Notes: a model not told the origin generated them from the sequence alone. Positions 8,783-16,147 are shown, counted from the first letter of the stretch. The stretch: 38,560 bases of DNA from a virus (IMGVR_UViG_3300037195_000852:1-38560), one strand, 5' to 3'. A program made the numbers and translations.

Positions 8783-9079
8783 ATGAAAACCAGATGTACA
8801 CAGGATGAGATGAATGATATTGTTGATGAAATAATGCAAATGGATGCTGGTAATATTGAACAAGTTATCAATGCTGTTCGTGGTAGAAGGGAAATGTTAT
8901 CAATAAGGGCAAAGGCAAAGTTCAGGGTAGGCGACAGAGTGAAGTTCTTTAGCAGTAAAAGGCAAGAAGAAATAGTTGGAACTGTACATAAAATAAACAG
9001 AAAGAAAATACAAGTGTCTGTTGGTATAGCGACTTGGACTGTACCACCAACAATGCTAACACTAATAAAAGGAGAATAA
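8783..9079 (+). CDS. Hypothetical protein with C-terminal SH3/KOW-like barrel
   Basis: FRVGDRVKF...GTVHKINRKKIQV...WTVP; SD AAGGAG. Confidence 0.75.
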   Translation: MKTRCTQDEMNDIVDEIMQMDAGNIEQVINAVRGRREMLSIRAKAKFRVGDRVKFFSSKRQEEIVGTVHKINRKKIQVSVGIATWTVPPTMLTLIKGE

Positions 9080-9080
9080 T

Positions 9081-9425
9081 ATGCCAGCATCACCAATAGG
9101 AAAAGAAATAACACTGCCTGATAATTGGGTACAACTACAAAAGACAATGATACCTGATGATAACACAGGATGTTACTGGGGCGTTTGGTATGATATAGGT
9201 AGAAGTTATAAACAGGGTGTGGTAGAAGGTACAGCATGGCTGATGTGGTGTGCAATTGGAGAAGACCCATCAGTAAATGATAGTTGGGGACATGCAGAAG
9301 AAATAGGTGAAGAGTGTAGAAATGTACTAACTGCAATTGAATCAGTATATGGTGTATCATTTCATGACAGTATTTGGGTAGAAATGGGAACTGGTGAAGT
9401 ATTTCCATCTCTCGCAAGTAAGTAA
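9081..9425 (+). CDS. Hypothetical acidic, Trp-rich protein
   Basis: SD AAGGAG; 114 aa. Confidence 0.8.
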   Translation: MPASPIGKEITLPDNWVQLQKTMIPDDNTGCYWGVWYDIGRSYKQGVVEGTAWLMWCAIGEDPSVNDSWGHAEEIGEECRNVLTAIESVYGVSFHDSIWVEMGTGEVFPSLASK

Positions 9426-9432
9426 TCTCTAA

Positions 9433-9556
9433 CACTCACTTCGACCTGAGTGACGGAGGATGTGCATATGACAGGTCATCATTGGATAAAAGTTAACTGC
9501 CTGTTGTGTGTTATACAGTGTAAGGGCAGGTTTTTGGTACTCTCCTGCCTTTACAC
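9433..9556 (+). ncRNA. Putative structured intergenic RNA, copy 1 (three hairpins)
   Basis: Stems CACTCA/TGAGTG, GCATATGACAGG/CCTGTTGTGTGT (GU-rich, around a conserved 24-nt loop) and GTGTAAGGGCAGG/CCTGCCTTTACAC. Confidence 0.5.
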
Positions 9557-9582
9557 AAATTTAATAACAGAAAGGAAAGGCA

Positions 9583-9831
9583 ATGAAAGAGAGAACAATA
9601 ACAGGTCTAAGTAGAATGCTTGGCAATGCAGAAATTACACTGATAAAGCCACATGGAATTAGTACAAAGGATTATGCCTTAGAGAAAGGAAGAAGTTATT
9701 ATGACAGCCTTATGATAGAAGATGAACTGTTTCATAAGGTAGAAGAATGGCTGTTTCAAAATAAATCTATAACAGTTAAAGACTTCCTTGAGATTATGGT
9801 GAACACTGAACTAGACTATGTAAGAGAATAA
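9583..9831 (+). CDS. Hypothetical early protein
   Basis: Preceded by the AACAGAAAGGAAA cassette. Confidence 0.75.
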   Translation: MKERTITGLSRMLGNAEITLIKPHGISTKDYALEKGRSYYDSLMIEDELFHKVEEWLFQNKSITVKDFLEIMVNTELDYVRE

Positions 9832-9850
9832 TAATAAACAAAACAGAAAT

Positions 9851-9963
9851 GAGAACAGATACTGAGGCGTGGCAAGTAGGCGAGATAGGGCATATTGCCT
9901 GTGGTCATCATTGGAGAAGAGTTAACCACCACAGGGAAGATATGTGTGTAAGTATCTGCTCTC
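9851..9963 (+). ncRNA. Putative structured intergenic RNA, copy 2
   Basis: Outer stem GAGAACAGATACT/AGTATCTGCTCTC; inner stem CCTGTGG/CCACAGG around the same 24-nt loop. Confidence 0.5.
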
Positions 9964-9987
9964 TTAAATAACAGAAAGGAAAAACAA

Positions 9988-10224
9988 ATGAGTAAACAGG
10001 GACTAGCATGGAGTAAACTAAATGAGTTCATATCAAAAAATACTGGAATGTATATGCAAGACTTACCAGACTTTGATATACATAACTGGGTTGAAGATGA
10101 CTTCACAGAGAAAGAAATAGATGGTCTTATACCAGATATGGCTTGGGAAGTTCTTGACAATGCTGGAATGGACAGAAAGACTGTAAATACAATATGTTAT
10201 GGTGAAGACTGTGATGAGTGGTAG
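9988..10224 (+). CDS. Hypothetical acidic protein
   Basis: Preceded by the AACAGAAAGGAAA cassette; D/E-rich. Confidence 0.8.
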   Translation: MSKQGLAWSKLNEFISKNTGMYMQDLPDFDIHNWVEDDFTEKEIDGLIPDMAWEVLDNAGMDRKTVNTICYGEDCDEW

Positions 10225-10390
10225 AACTGTACAGCTTAAAGGACTAGACCTATTTGTATATCTTATGGAGAGGTTTGGTAATACTCCAGAACAAGCACTG
10301 GCAAGTATGAAAGAGCATGGGCAGGATACCAAAGATGCTGAGTTATTTGTCAAAATGTATAATAAACAGAAAGGAAATAAAAATGAATAA
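10214..10390 (+). CDS. Hypothetical early protein (start probably at MSGRTV)
   Basis: ORF-track 10199..10390; the later in-frame ATG reduces overlap with the upstream gene. Confidence 0.65.
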   Translation: MSGRTVQLKGLDLFVYLMERFGNTPEQALASMKEHGQDTKDAELFVKMYNKQKGNKNE

Positions 10391-10559
10391 CTATATGTTT
10401 GCTGAGTTTCAAAGTAAAGATGAATATCAACAGTCTTATAAATCAGTAATGGATAAGATGCCATATACTGACCAATTTGAGCTTGTTGTATTCATAGAAA
10501 GGTTAAGAACAACAATGCTCTGCGGAGTAGAACCAATAACTAAAACAGAAAGGAAATAA
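10383..10559 (+). CDS. Hypothetical early protein
   Basis: Start reassigned to the ATG after the AACAGAAAGGAAATAAAA cassette; same frame as track ORF 10317. Confidence 0.75.
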   Translation: MNNYMFAEFQSKDEYQQSYKSVMDKMPYTDQFELVVFIERLRTTMLCGVEPITKTERK

Positions 10560-10561
10560 AA

Positions 10562-10879
10562 ATGAAACTACTAACTAAAGAAATAAAAGAACAAGCACAG
10601 AAACAATATGATAAAGGTGCTGATATGGATCAGATGGTGGTAGCTAAATACTTTGGTGGCAGTTGGACATGGTATTTAATGAATCTTGATCCAGAGGACA
10701 GTGACTATGCTTGGGGTATAGTTAATGGTCATGCTGTAGAAATGGGTTCTTGGCAGATGAGTGAACTTCAGAAAGTTAAGATTAAACCATTTGGACTCGG
10801 TATTGAGCGTGATCTGTACTTTGAGCCAATGAAGGCAAGTGATGTATGGGAACAGCTAAATAAGGGGGAACACGTATGA
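10562..10879 (+). CDS. DUF2958-family protein (resembles DarA C-terminal domain; anti-defence candidate)
   Basis: MKLLTKEI...VVAKYF...WTWY...AWGIVNG..EMGSW..SEL...GLGIERDLYFEP pattern. Confidence 0.8.
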   Translation: MKLLTKEIKEQAQKQYDKGADMDQMVVAKYFGGSWTWYLMNLDPEDSDYAWGIVNGHAVEMGSWQMSELQKVKIKPFGLGIERDLYFEPMKASDVWEQLNKGEHV

Positions 10880-11097
10880 TAATAGCTGATACTCCACAAA
10901 AAATAGACCTGTATCGTATGCACGTACTTGAGAAGATGCTTAGGCTGGAAATACTTGGTATAAAAATGACAAGGTATGGCCAACCAACAGCATATTCTGC
11001 CATTAAGAAAGAATATAATCTTAAGGGTAATAAGCAGAAAGTATGGGATACATTTAAACAGATGATAGAAGCAACTAAACAGACAGAAAGGGAATAA
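10876..11097 (+). CDS. Hypothetical basic protein
   Basis: ATGA overlap; [12 protein letters not shown]...[13 protein letters not shown]. Confidence 0.75.
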   Translation: MIIADTPQKIDLYRMHVLEKMLRLEILGIKMTRYGQPTAYSAIKKEYNLKGNKQKVWDTFKQMIEATKQTERE

Positions 11098-11098
11098 C

Positions 11099-11305
11099 AT
11101 GAGCATAGAACAAAGAAAACAAATGACTAATTATAATGCAGTAGGAATAGCTGAAGGATGGGTAGAGGCTGATTCAGAAGATCAAGTAATAGAGGCTTGG
11201 CAACATCTTGTAGATACTGGACTTGCTTGGACTTTACAGGGCTGGTTTGGTAGAATGGCACACATATTGATACAGGAAGGGAGAATAAATGATACAAGGG
11301 GATAA
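11099..11305 (+). CDS. Conserved phage hypothetical protein
   Basis: [20 protein letters not shown] motif; preceded by ACAGAAAGGGAA. Confidence 0.8.
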   Translation: MSIEQRKQMTNYNAVGIAEGWVEADSEDQVIEAWQHLVDTGLAWTLQGWFGRMAHILIQEGRINDTRG

Positions 11306-11531
11306 AATAGACATGACGTTTTGTCGTGGTTGTGAAGAAGGAGCAGAAATGCATAGACCTATTGGTCAGCATTGGTGGGCAAGAACTGATATTTATGGAA
11401 TATTCACAGGTATATATTGTGATAAATGTTATGAAAGTGGAGACAGTAGTTTATATCCATATCGTAAAGACAGTTATGCCCAAGACTTAGAGCATGGTGA
11501 ACATATCTGGTTAGAGGAAGAGAGGTATTAA
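11289..11531 (+). CDS. Small Zn-binding protein
   Basis: CRGC...CDKC; SD AAGGGAG. Confidence 0.75.
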   Translation: MIQGDKIDMTFCRGCEEGAEMHRPIGQHWWARTDIYGIFTGIYCDKCYESGDSSLYPYRKDSYAQDLEHGEHIWLEEERY

Positions 11532-11532
11532 T

Positions 11533-11712
11533 ATGAAAACAGATGATAGGATGCCAGAAGAGTTCTATGATTGGATTGACAGCTCCCCTATTCGATGGCA
11601 GAGTTTTATGGTAAGGAGCGAAGGAATAGAATATTTCTTTCCATATCCATCTAATGAAGAACTGAATGAAGTAAACATTAATATAGAGGAGATAAATAAT
11701 GGCACAGTTTAA
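11533..11712 (+). CDS. 59-aa hypothetical protein
   Basis: Hand translation MKTDDRMPEEFYDWIDSSPIRW...; SD GAGGT. Confidence 0.7.
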   Translation: MKTDDRMPEEFYDWIDSSPIRWQSFMVRSEGIEYFFPYPSNEELNEVNINIEEINNGTV

Positions 11713-11944
11713 AGCCGAAATAAAAGGTGGTAGAGGTTCTGTATCAAGACTAGGACATAAAACAACAGGCATATCAAGTCACACGTGTGGATGGGATGCT
11801 GGAATAAGAGTAGAAGGACATCACGATGAAGAGCTTGGAGATATATTCTTAGTGTGGAAGACAAGTGGATCAGGAATTAAAGGGAAGAGTACATTACTTG
11901 GTAAACTTGTTGGAAATAGTTTCACAGCACAGGAGAACACATAA
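11699..11944 (+). CDS. Conserved phage hypothetical protein
   Basis: MAQFKAEIKGGRGSVSRLGHK...GWDAGIRV; SD GAGGAG. Confidence 0.8.
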   Translation: MAQFKAEIKGGRGSVSRLGHKTTGISSHTCGWDAGIRVEGHHDEELGDIFLVWKTSGSGIKGKSTLLGKLVGNSFTAQENT

Positions 11945-11945
11945 C

Positions 11946-12017
11946 ATGGATGTAATTGCCTATGTGATATTTGCACTAATAATAATAAACATAATAACAG
12001 AAATAAGAAGGGGATAA
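11946..12017 (+). CDS. 23-aa single-TM peptide
   Basis: MDVIAYVIFALIIINIITEIRRG; SD AGGAG upstream. Confidence 0.5.
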   Translation: MDVIAYVIFALIIINIITEIRRG

Positions 12018-12018
12018 T

Positions 12019-12282
12019 ATGGCAGTACAACTTGAATACGATAAGATAATGAAAAGATATAATGTTTTGTTACCATTTACTCTTGAAGACGAAAGCTCTG
12101 ATTTGGTGGTGGCAGCTATATCTGAGGACGAAAGATTAACTCTTCATAGAGAGTTAAGTCTTAATGTTGTGCAACAGATACTATTGAAATGGGATGAAAG
12201 AGTGCATATGGATACTGTGAATGATAAGAAACAGTCTGGAGAGTTTGACGAACTATTTAACAATAACAATAAAGGAGAATAA
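12019..12282 (+). CDS. Hypothetical protein
   Basis: SD AAGGGG; 87 aa. Confidence 0.75.
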   Translation: MAVQLEYDKIMKRYNVLLPFTLEDESSDLVVAAISEDERLTLHRELSLNVVQQILLKWDERVHMDTVNDKKQSGEFDELFNNNNKGE

Positions 12283-12340
12283 TATGGGATTTGATTTATA
12301 GTGAAAAAATCCACCTGTTTTATGATTGTGAGGCAGTATA

Positions 12341-12418
12341 ATGGAAATGCCTGTAGCTTTAATCTTGATAATAGCAATAGTTATCAGATATTACTTAACA
12401 ACCAGTAAATATAATTAA
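12341..12418 (+). CDS. 25-aa single-TM peptide
   Basis: MEMPVALILIIAIVIRYYLTTSKYN; SD GAGG. Confidence 0.5.
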   Translation: MEMPVALILIIAIVIRYYLTTSKYN

Positions 12419-12430
12419 GGAGAATAAATA

Positions 12431-12625
12431 ATGTGGATAAATAGTTTGACTGATGAAATGGTTAAACAGCATACTTCAAATCTGAAATTGGCAGGAAGGA
12501 GAAGTGAAGCTGAAATTCTCGAATTACTCTATAATGAGGTTAAACGATTGAATCTCATAATTAATAATGGCGAGACCCCATTTTCCACCTGTGCAACACT
12601 TGATGATGGGTTTAGAATATGTTAG
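12431..12625 (+). CDS. Hypothetical protein
   Basis: SD AAGGAG. Confidence 0.75.
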   Translation: MWINSLTDEMVKQHTSNLKLAGRRSEAEILELLYNEVKRLNLIINNGETPFSTCATLDDGFRIC

Positions 12626-12753
12626 ACAGGAATGATGTATTAAAAAAACTATTGATGCTATATGTATACTTTTTACACTATGCAGTATGGATGGGCTTGT
12701 TTTTACTCAGTATATTGTTGTGGTATTTTATATTATCACTAACTTGTAATTAA
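12619..12753 (+). CDS. 44-aa membrane protein
   Basis: MLDRNDVLKKLLMLYVYFLHYAVWMGLFLLSILLWYFILSLTCN. Confidence 0.55.
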   Translation: MLDRNDVLKKLLMLYVYFLHYAVWMGLFLLSILLWYFILSLTCN

Positions 12754-12764
12754 ATATATAATAT

Positions 12765-12838
12765 TAGGGGTGGGTTTTGTATATTCCATTGTCATATACT
12801 TGCGGGTTCTTTCAGCCTGCACCTTTCGCCCACCCCTA
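12765..12838 (+). ncRNA. Putative three-way-junction RNA element
   Basis: Outer stem TAGGGGTGGGT/GCCCACCCCTA; inner stems GTATAT/ATATAC and TGCGGGTT/AGCCTGCA. Confidence 0.5.
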
Positions 12839-12855
12839 TAAATTAAGGAGATGAT

Positions 12856-13002
12856 ATGTATAATTTTTTATTAGGTTTTATATTAATGGCTGTTATAGCC
12901 ATGACAGTAGTTTCATATAGCCCAGCACCAAAAGTAGAAACTGTGTGTGGTAAATGCGGTTCTCAGGAGTGGTGGTTTCAATTAGCAGAAGGAGAAGAAT
13001 AA
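12856..13002 (+). CDS. 48-aa membrane-anchored protein with CxxC
   Basis: MYNFLLGFILMAVIAMTVVSYSPAPKVETVCGKCGSQEWWFQLAEGEE; SD AAGGAG. Confidence 0.65.
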   Translation: MYNFLLGFILMAVIAMTVVSYSPAPKVETVCGKCGSQEWWFQLAEGEE

Positions 13003-13004
13003 TA

Positions 13005-13184
13005 ATGATAGCAATATGTAAATTAAAAATAGATGGAAGAGGAAGGCTGACGTTTCCAAGCAGCTTTCTTAAAGCTAATAACATAAAAAGAAACTCATTT
13101 GTATCAGTAATTCCAGTAAGTGGAAGAGCAGATGCAGTAAGATTAGAGTTTGAATGGGAGAAGCAGAATGAAGACAATAGATAG
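13005..13184 (+). CDS. AbrB/MraZ-like swapped-hairpin DNA-binding protein
   Basis: KLKIDGRGRLTFPSSFLKANNI; start moved to the ATG after AAGGAG. Confidence 0.7.
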   Translation: MIAICKLKIDGRGRLTFPSSFLKANNIKRNSFVSVIPVSGRADAVRLEFEWEKQNEDNR

Positions 13185-13455
13185 AGATACAGCAAAGCAG
13201 TACATATATAAAACTAATGGTAAGATATTTTCTGCCGTCTTTACAAAGAAAGATGGTGAGAAAAGAAAGATGATCTGTAGACAAGGTGTAGCCAAATACG
13301 TCAAAGGTGTTGGCTTGAAGTTTAAGCCTGAAGAGAAAGACCTTATTGGAGTATTTGATATGCACAAGAAAGCTTACAGATTCATAAATACAAAGACTCT
13401 TGAACAGATAAAAGTCAAGGGTATAGCATATAACATAAAACAAGATAAGGAGTAG
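13168..13455 (+). CDS. SH3 beta-barrel (WYL_2-like) protein
   Basis: GKIFSAVFTKKDGEKRKMICR...VFDMHKKAYRFIN. Confidence 0.75.
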   Translation: MKTIDRDTAKQYIYKTNGKIFSAVFTKKDGEKRKMICRQGVAKYVKGVGLKFKPEEKDLIGVFDMHKKAYRFINTKTLEQIKVKGIAYNIKQDKE

Positions 13456-13457
13456 TA

Positions 13458-14291
13458 ATGAAAACTACAATAAAAAGACCAGTGTCAGTTAAAAGACCAC
13501 TGGTAACAAACCATCGGAGTGTAACTAAGTCTTCTGACCAAGTTGTAAACACTGTGCTTAAAACAATGGACTATGACATGTTTGGATATTTTGAGGGCAA
13601 CAGAGAAGTAAATGAGTCTCATGTAAGGAATCTAATGGAATCATTTACCGAAAAACAGCTTCCAGTTCCAATAGTTGTTGATGAATTATATCGTACAGGT
13701 GATGGTCAGAACAGACTTGAGGCATGTAAAAGGCTTGGAATCCCAGTTTATTACATAATAATTCCAGGTTTAACATTAAAAGATGTCAAAAGACTAAACT
13801 CAAACACTAAGTCGTGGAGCTGGAAACAACATATGGATAGTTTCTGTGATCTTGGTTATGAGGATTACATAACCTATAAAGAGTTCTTCAATAGCTACGA
13901 ACTAAACCATACTGAGTGTATGCAACTCTGTTTAGGGCATACAAGCCTACGGAAAGGTAAAAGGAAAGGTCAAAAAACAATGGCTAAGGCTTTTAATGAT
14001 GGGCAGTTTAAAATAGTCCAACATGGTAAGGCTATTGAACAGGCAAATATGATAACTGAGGTGAAGCCATATTTTGATGACTTTACACACCATCATTTTG
14101 TTCGTGCACTAATTCATTTGTTTAACAAGAAACAGGATGTGTTCAATCATAGTGTCTTTATTAATAAACTTGCAAAAAGAAATCCCAAGCTTGTACATCA
14201 GGGAAATAGAAATGATTATCTAAGAAATATAGAAGAAATATATAATCATGGAGCAAGAAATAAAGTTAGATTATTCACATACACTGACTAA
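13458..14291 (+). CDS. ParB/Srx N-terminal domain protein
   Basis: NREVNESHV..L..S....PIVVD....DGQNRLEAC. Confidence 0.8.
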   Translation: MKTTIKRPVSVKRPLVTNHRSVTKSSDQVVNTVLKTMDYDMFGYFEGNREVNESHVRNLMESFTEKQLPVPIVVDELYRTGDGQNRLEACKRLGIPVYYIIIPGLTLKDVKRLNSNTKSWSWKQHMDSFCDLGYEDYITYKEFFNSYELNHTECMQLCLGHTSLRKGKRKGQKTMAKAFNDGQFKIVQHGKAIEQANMITEVKPYFDDFTHHHFVRALIHLFNKKQDVFNHSVFINKLAKRNPKLVHQGNRNDYLRNIEEIYNHGARNKVRLFTYTD

Positions 14292-14480
14292 TGGGAAAAG
14301 ATAAAACAACGATAGACTTGCTTGATATGTTTGCAGCACATGCCCTCTTTCGGGAGGGTGTGTGCTGCTGAGGATGCTTACAGCATAGCACTTGATATGG
14401 TAAAGGTGAGACAAGATATATTAGATACTGTAGAGAATGAGATGACTGTAGACTCCGAAGGAAAATTAAAACCCAAGTAA
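14291..14480 (+). pseudogene. Small gene interrupted by a +1 frame change inside a 16-bp hairpin
   Basis: Frame 0 gives MGKDKTTIDLLDMFAAHAL...; the +1 frame gives AAEDAYSIALDMVKVR... to TAA at 14480. Confidence 0.5.
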
Positions 14481-14556
14481 GCTTATGAGACAAGAATGAG
14501 ATTATTTGAGACTCTCCTCAATATAAATAAATATTTAATATATTTATAAATATATG

Positions 14557-14588
14557 TTTGTAGTGTCATATAATCTAATGTAATTTTA
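14557..14588 (+). promoter_or_regulatory. Putative promoter of the replication/recombination operon, flanked by TGAGA/TCTCA repeats
   Basis: TTTG-20nt-TAATTTTA after an AT tract; palindrome TTCTCAATGAGAA downstream. Confidence 0.5.
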
Positions 14589-14620
14589 ACTACAATTCTC
14601 AATGAGAAATAGAGGTAATA

Positions 14621-14797
14621 ATGAATAAGACCGACAAGGAATTTACACATTTCCAGTTCAAAATTAAACGTGTTCTGTGGGATAAATTCAAGATAAAAGT
14701 CATACGTGATGGCTGTCCAACATACAGAGAGAAAATAGAAGAGTTGATTGAGGGGTATGTTCACACGTGCAAGCTGAAAGAACCCGCAAGTAAATGA
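14621..14797 (+). CDS. 58-aa ribbon-helix-helix (Arc/ParG-like) regulator
   Basis: Hand translation MNKTDKEFTHFQFKIKRVLWDKFKIKVIRDGCPTYREKIEELIEGYV...; SD GAGGT; ATGA-coupled to the next gene. Confidence 0.7.
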   Translation: MNKTDKEFTHFQFKIKRVLWDKFKIKVIRDGCPTYREKIEELIEGYVHTCKLKEPASK

Positions 14798-15570
14798 TTG
14801 AAAAGATATACCATGAATATTTAGAGCACAAAAATGAGGAAAACAGAAAGAACAGGTATGATGGTAATGAAAGCTGGTATCATGCGAGTGGTGCTGGTTT
14901 TTGTTCTCGTAAGTTGTACTATGAGTCTGTAGAGCAAGCAGTCCCATCCAATCCACCAAATGAGAAAAGCTCAAGAATTATGAGAGTTGGCTCAATTATT
15001 CACGAAGATATTCAGAACGCATTAATATATTATAATAATATTAATAATAATAATATTAATATAGAACCTAATAAAATAAATATTGCTGTACAGAGCGTCA
15101 AAAAATTTGACACGGAAGGGGAGATTAAATTACCTGAGTTCAAAGTCCGTGGTTTTTATGACATATTTATGCGAGACTGCTCGGCTTCGAATACAGATAG
15201 TATTAACAGATTGTATGACCTGAAAACATCCTCAACATGGGGGTTCAGACAAAAGTTCAATAAAAAGAATGCAATTCCATTAGAAAATAGAAATCACTTC
15301 TTACAGGTTGCTACTTATGGACTTGCATTAAAAAAAAAGTATGGGAATCTTGACAGTATGTCAATAATATATTATAACAAAGATAACTCTGATATAAGAG
15401 AACAGATTATACCAAATGTTTATCTTGATAAGGCTAGAAAATATTGGCATTCAATTAACGCAGAACATGCAAGGGGTTTACCAGTGTTCCAACTTGGTAC
15501 ATCACCTGCGTACAGTTGGTCTTGTGGATATTGTCAGTTTAAAGATCACTGTAATCCACCAAAGTTTTAA
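14794..15570 (+). CDS. Cas4-like PD-(D/E)XK exonuclease
   Basis: HAS...CSRK, GSIIHE, RGFYD, YDLKT, QVATY and C-terminal CGYCQFKDHC (four-Cys cluster). Confidence 0.85.
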   Translation: MIEKIYHEYLEHKNEENRKNRYDGNESWYHASGAGFCSRKLYYESVEQAVPSNPPNEKSSRIMRVGSIIHEDIQNALIYYNNINNNNINIEPNKINIAVQSVKKFDTEGEIKLPEFKVRGFYDIFMRDCSASNTDSINRLYDLKTSSTWGFRQKFNKKNAIPLENRNHFLQVATYGLALKKKYGNLDSMSIIYYNKDNSDIREQIIPNVYLDKARKYWHSINAEHARGLPVFQLGTSPAYSWSCGYCQFKDHCNPPKF

Positions 15571-15583
15571 ATAGGAGAGAAAC

Positions 15584-16138
15584 ATGGCAACTAAAAAAAC
15601 AAACTACTTTACAGAACTTGACCAAGTAGATGTTACTAAACATATCGAGAAAAAAGGTAAGTTTAGTTATCTTAGCTGGGCTTATGCTGTAAGAGAATTA
15701 AAGAAAAAACATCCAAGTGCTACGTGGACAGTACATGAGTATGGTGATAATGGTGTTCCATTTATAGCCACAGAGTGTGGTTATTTTGTTAAGGTAACTG
15801 TAACTGTTGATGATGTAGATGCAACACAGGTGCATCCCGTACTTGACCATCAAAATAAACCTGTTGCAGCACCTAATGCATTTCAGATTAATACAAGTAT
15901 ACAGAGATGTTTAGCTAAGGCTATTGCACTTCATGGTCTTGGTATTCATTTGTTTGCTGGTGAAGACTTGCCTCCAAGTCCACCAATAAATGATAAACAA
16001 CAAAAAGAATTACTTAGCCTGCTAGGTGATAAAAAGGTAGAACCTGATCTAAGGTATCAAGTTATTAAGCAGATAAGTAGTGGAGTAATAAACCAAGGTA
16101 ATTTCCAGAAAGTTATGGAACATTACACAAACACATAA
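15584..16138 (+). CDS. Sak3/DUF1071-like single-strand annealing protein
   Basis: EKKGKFSYLSWAYA...PVLDHQNK...INTSIQRCLAKAIALHGLGIHLFAGEDLP. Confidence 0.9.
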   Translation: MATKKTNYFTELDQVDVTKHIEKKGKFSYLSWAYAVRELKKKHPSATWTVHEYGDNGVPFIATECGYFVKVTVTVDDVDATQVHPVLDHQNKPVAAPNAFQINTSIQRCLAKAIALHGLGIHLFAGEDLPPSPPINDKQQKELLSLLGDKKVEPDLRYQVIKQISSGVINQGNFQKVMEHYTNT

Positions 16139-16147
16139 GGAGATTAA

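Noticed and set aside
8728-9435. 235-aa minus-strand ORF and other antisense ORFs in the track (e.g. 14483-14974, 19915-20379, 27380-27907)
   Set aside because: These are shadows of well-supported opposite-strand genes, with no SD and no recognisable motifs.
9566-10566. Repeated AACAGAAAGGAAA as a CRISPR or mini-array
   Set aside because: Spacing is irregular (about 180-400 nt) and each unit is the RBS of a gene.
14794-15570. Cas4-like gene as evidence of a CRISPR-Cas system
   Set aside because: No other cas genes and no regularly spaced repeat-spacer array. Solo Cas4-like nucleases beside annealases are common in phages.
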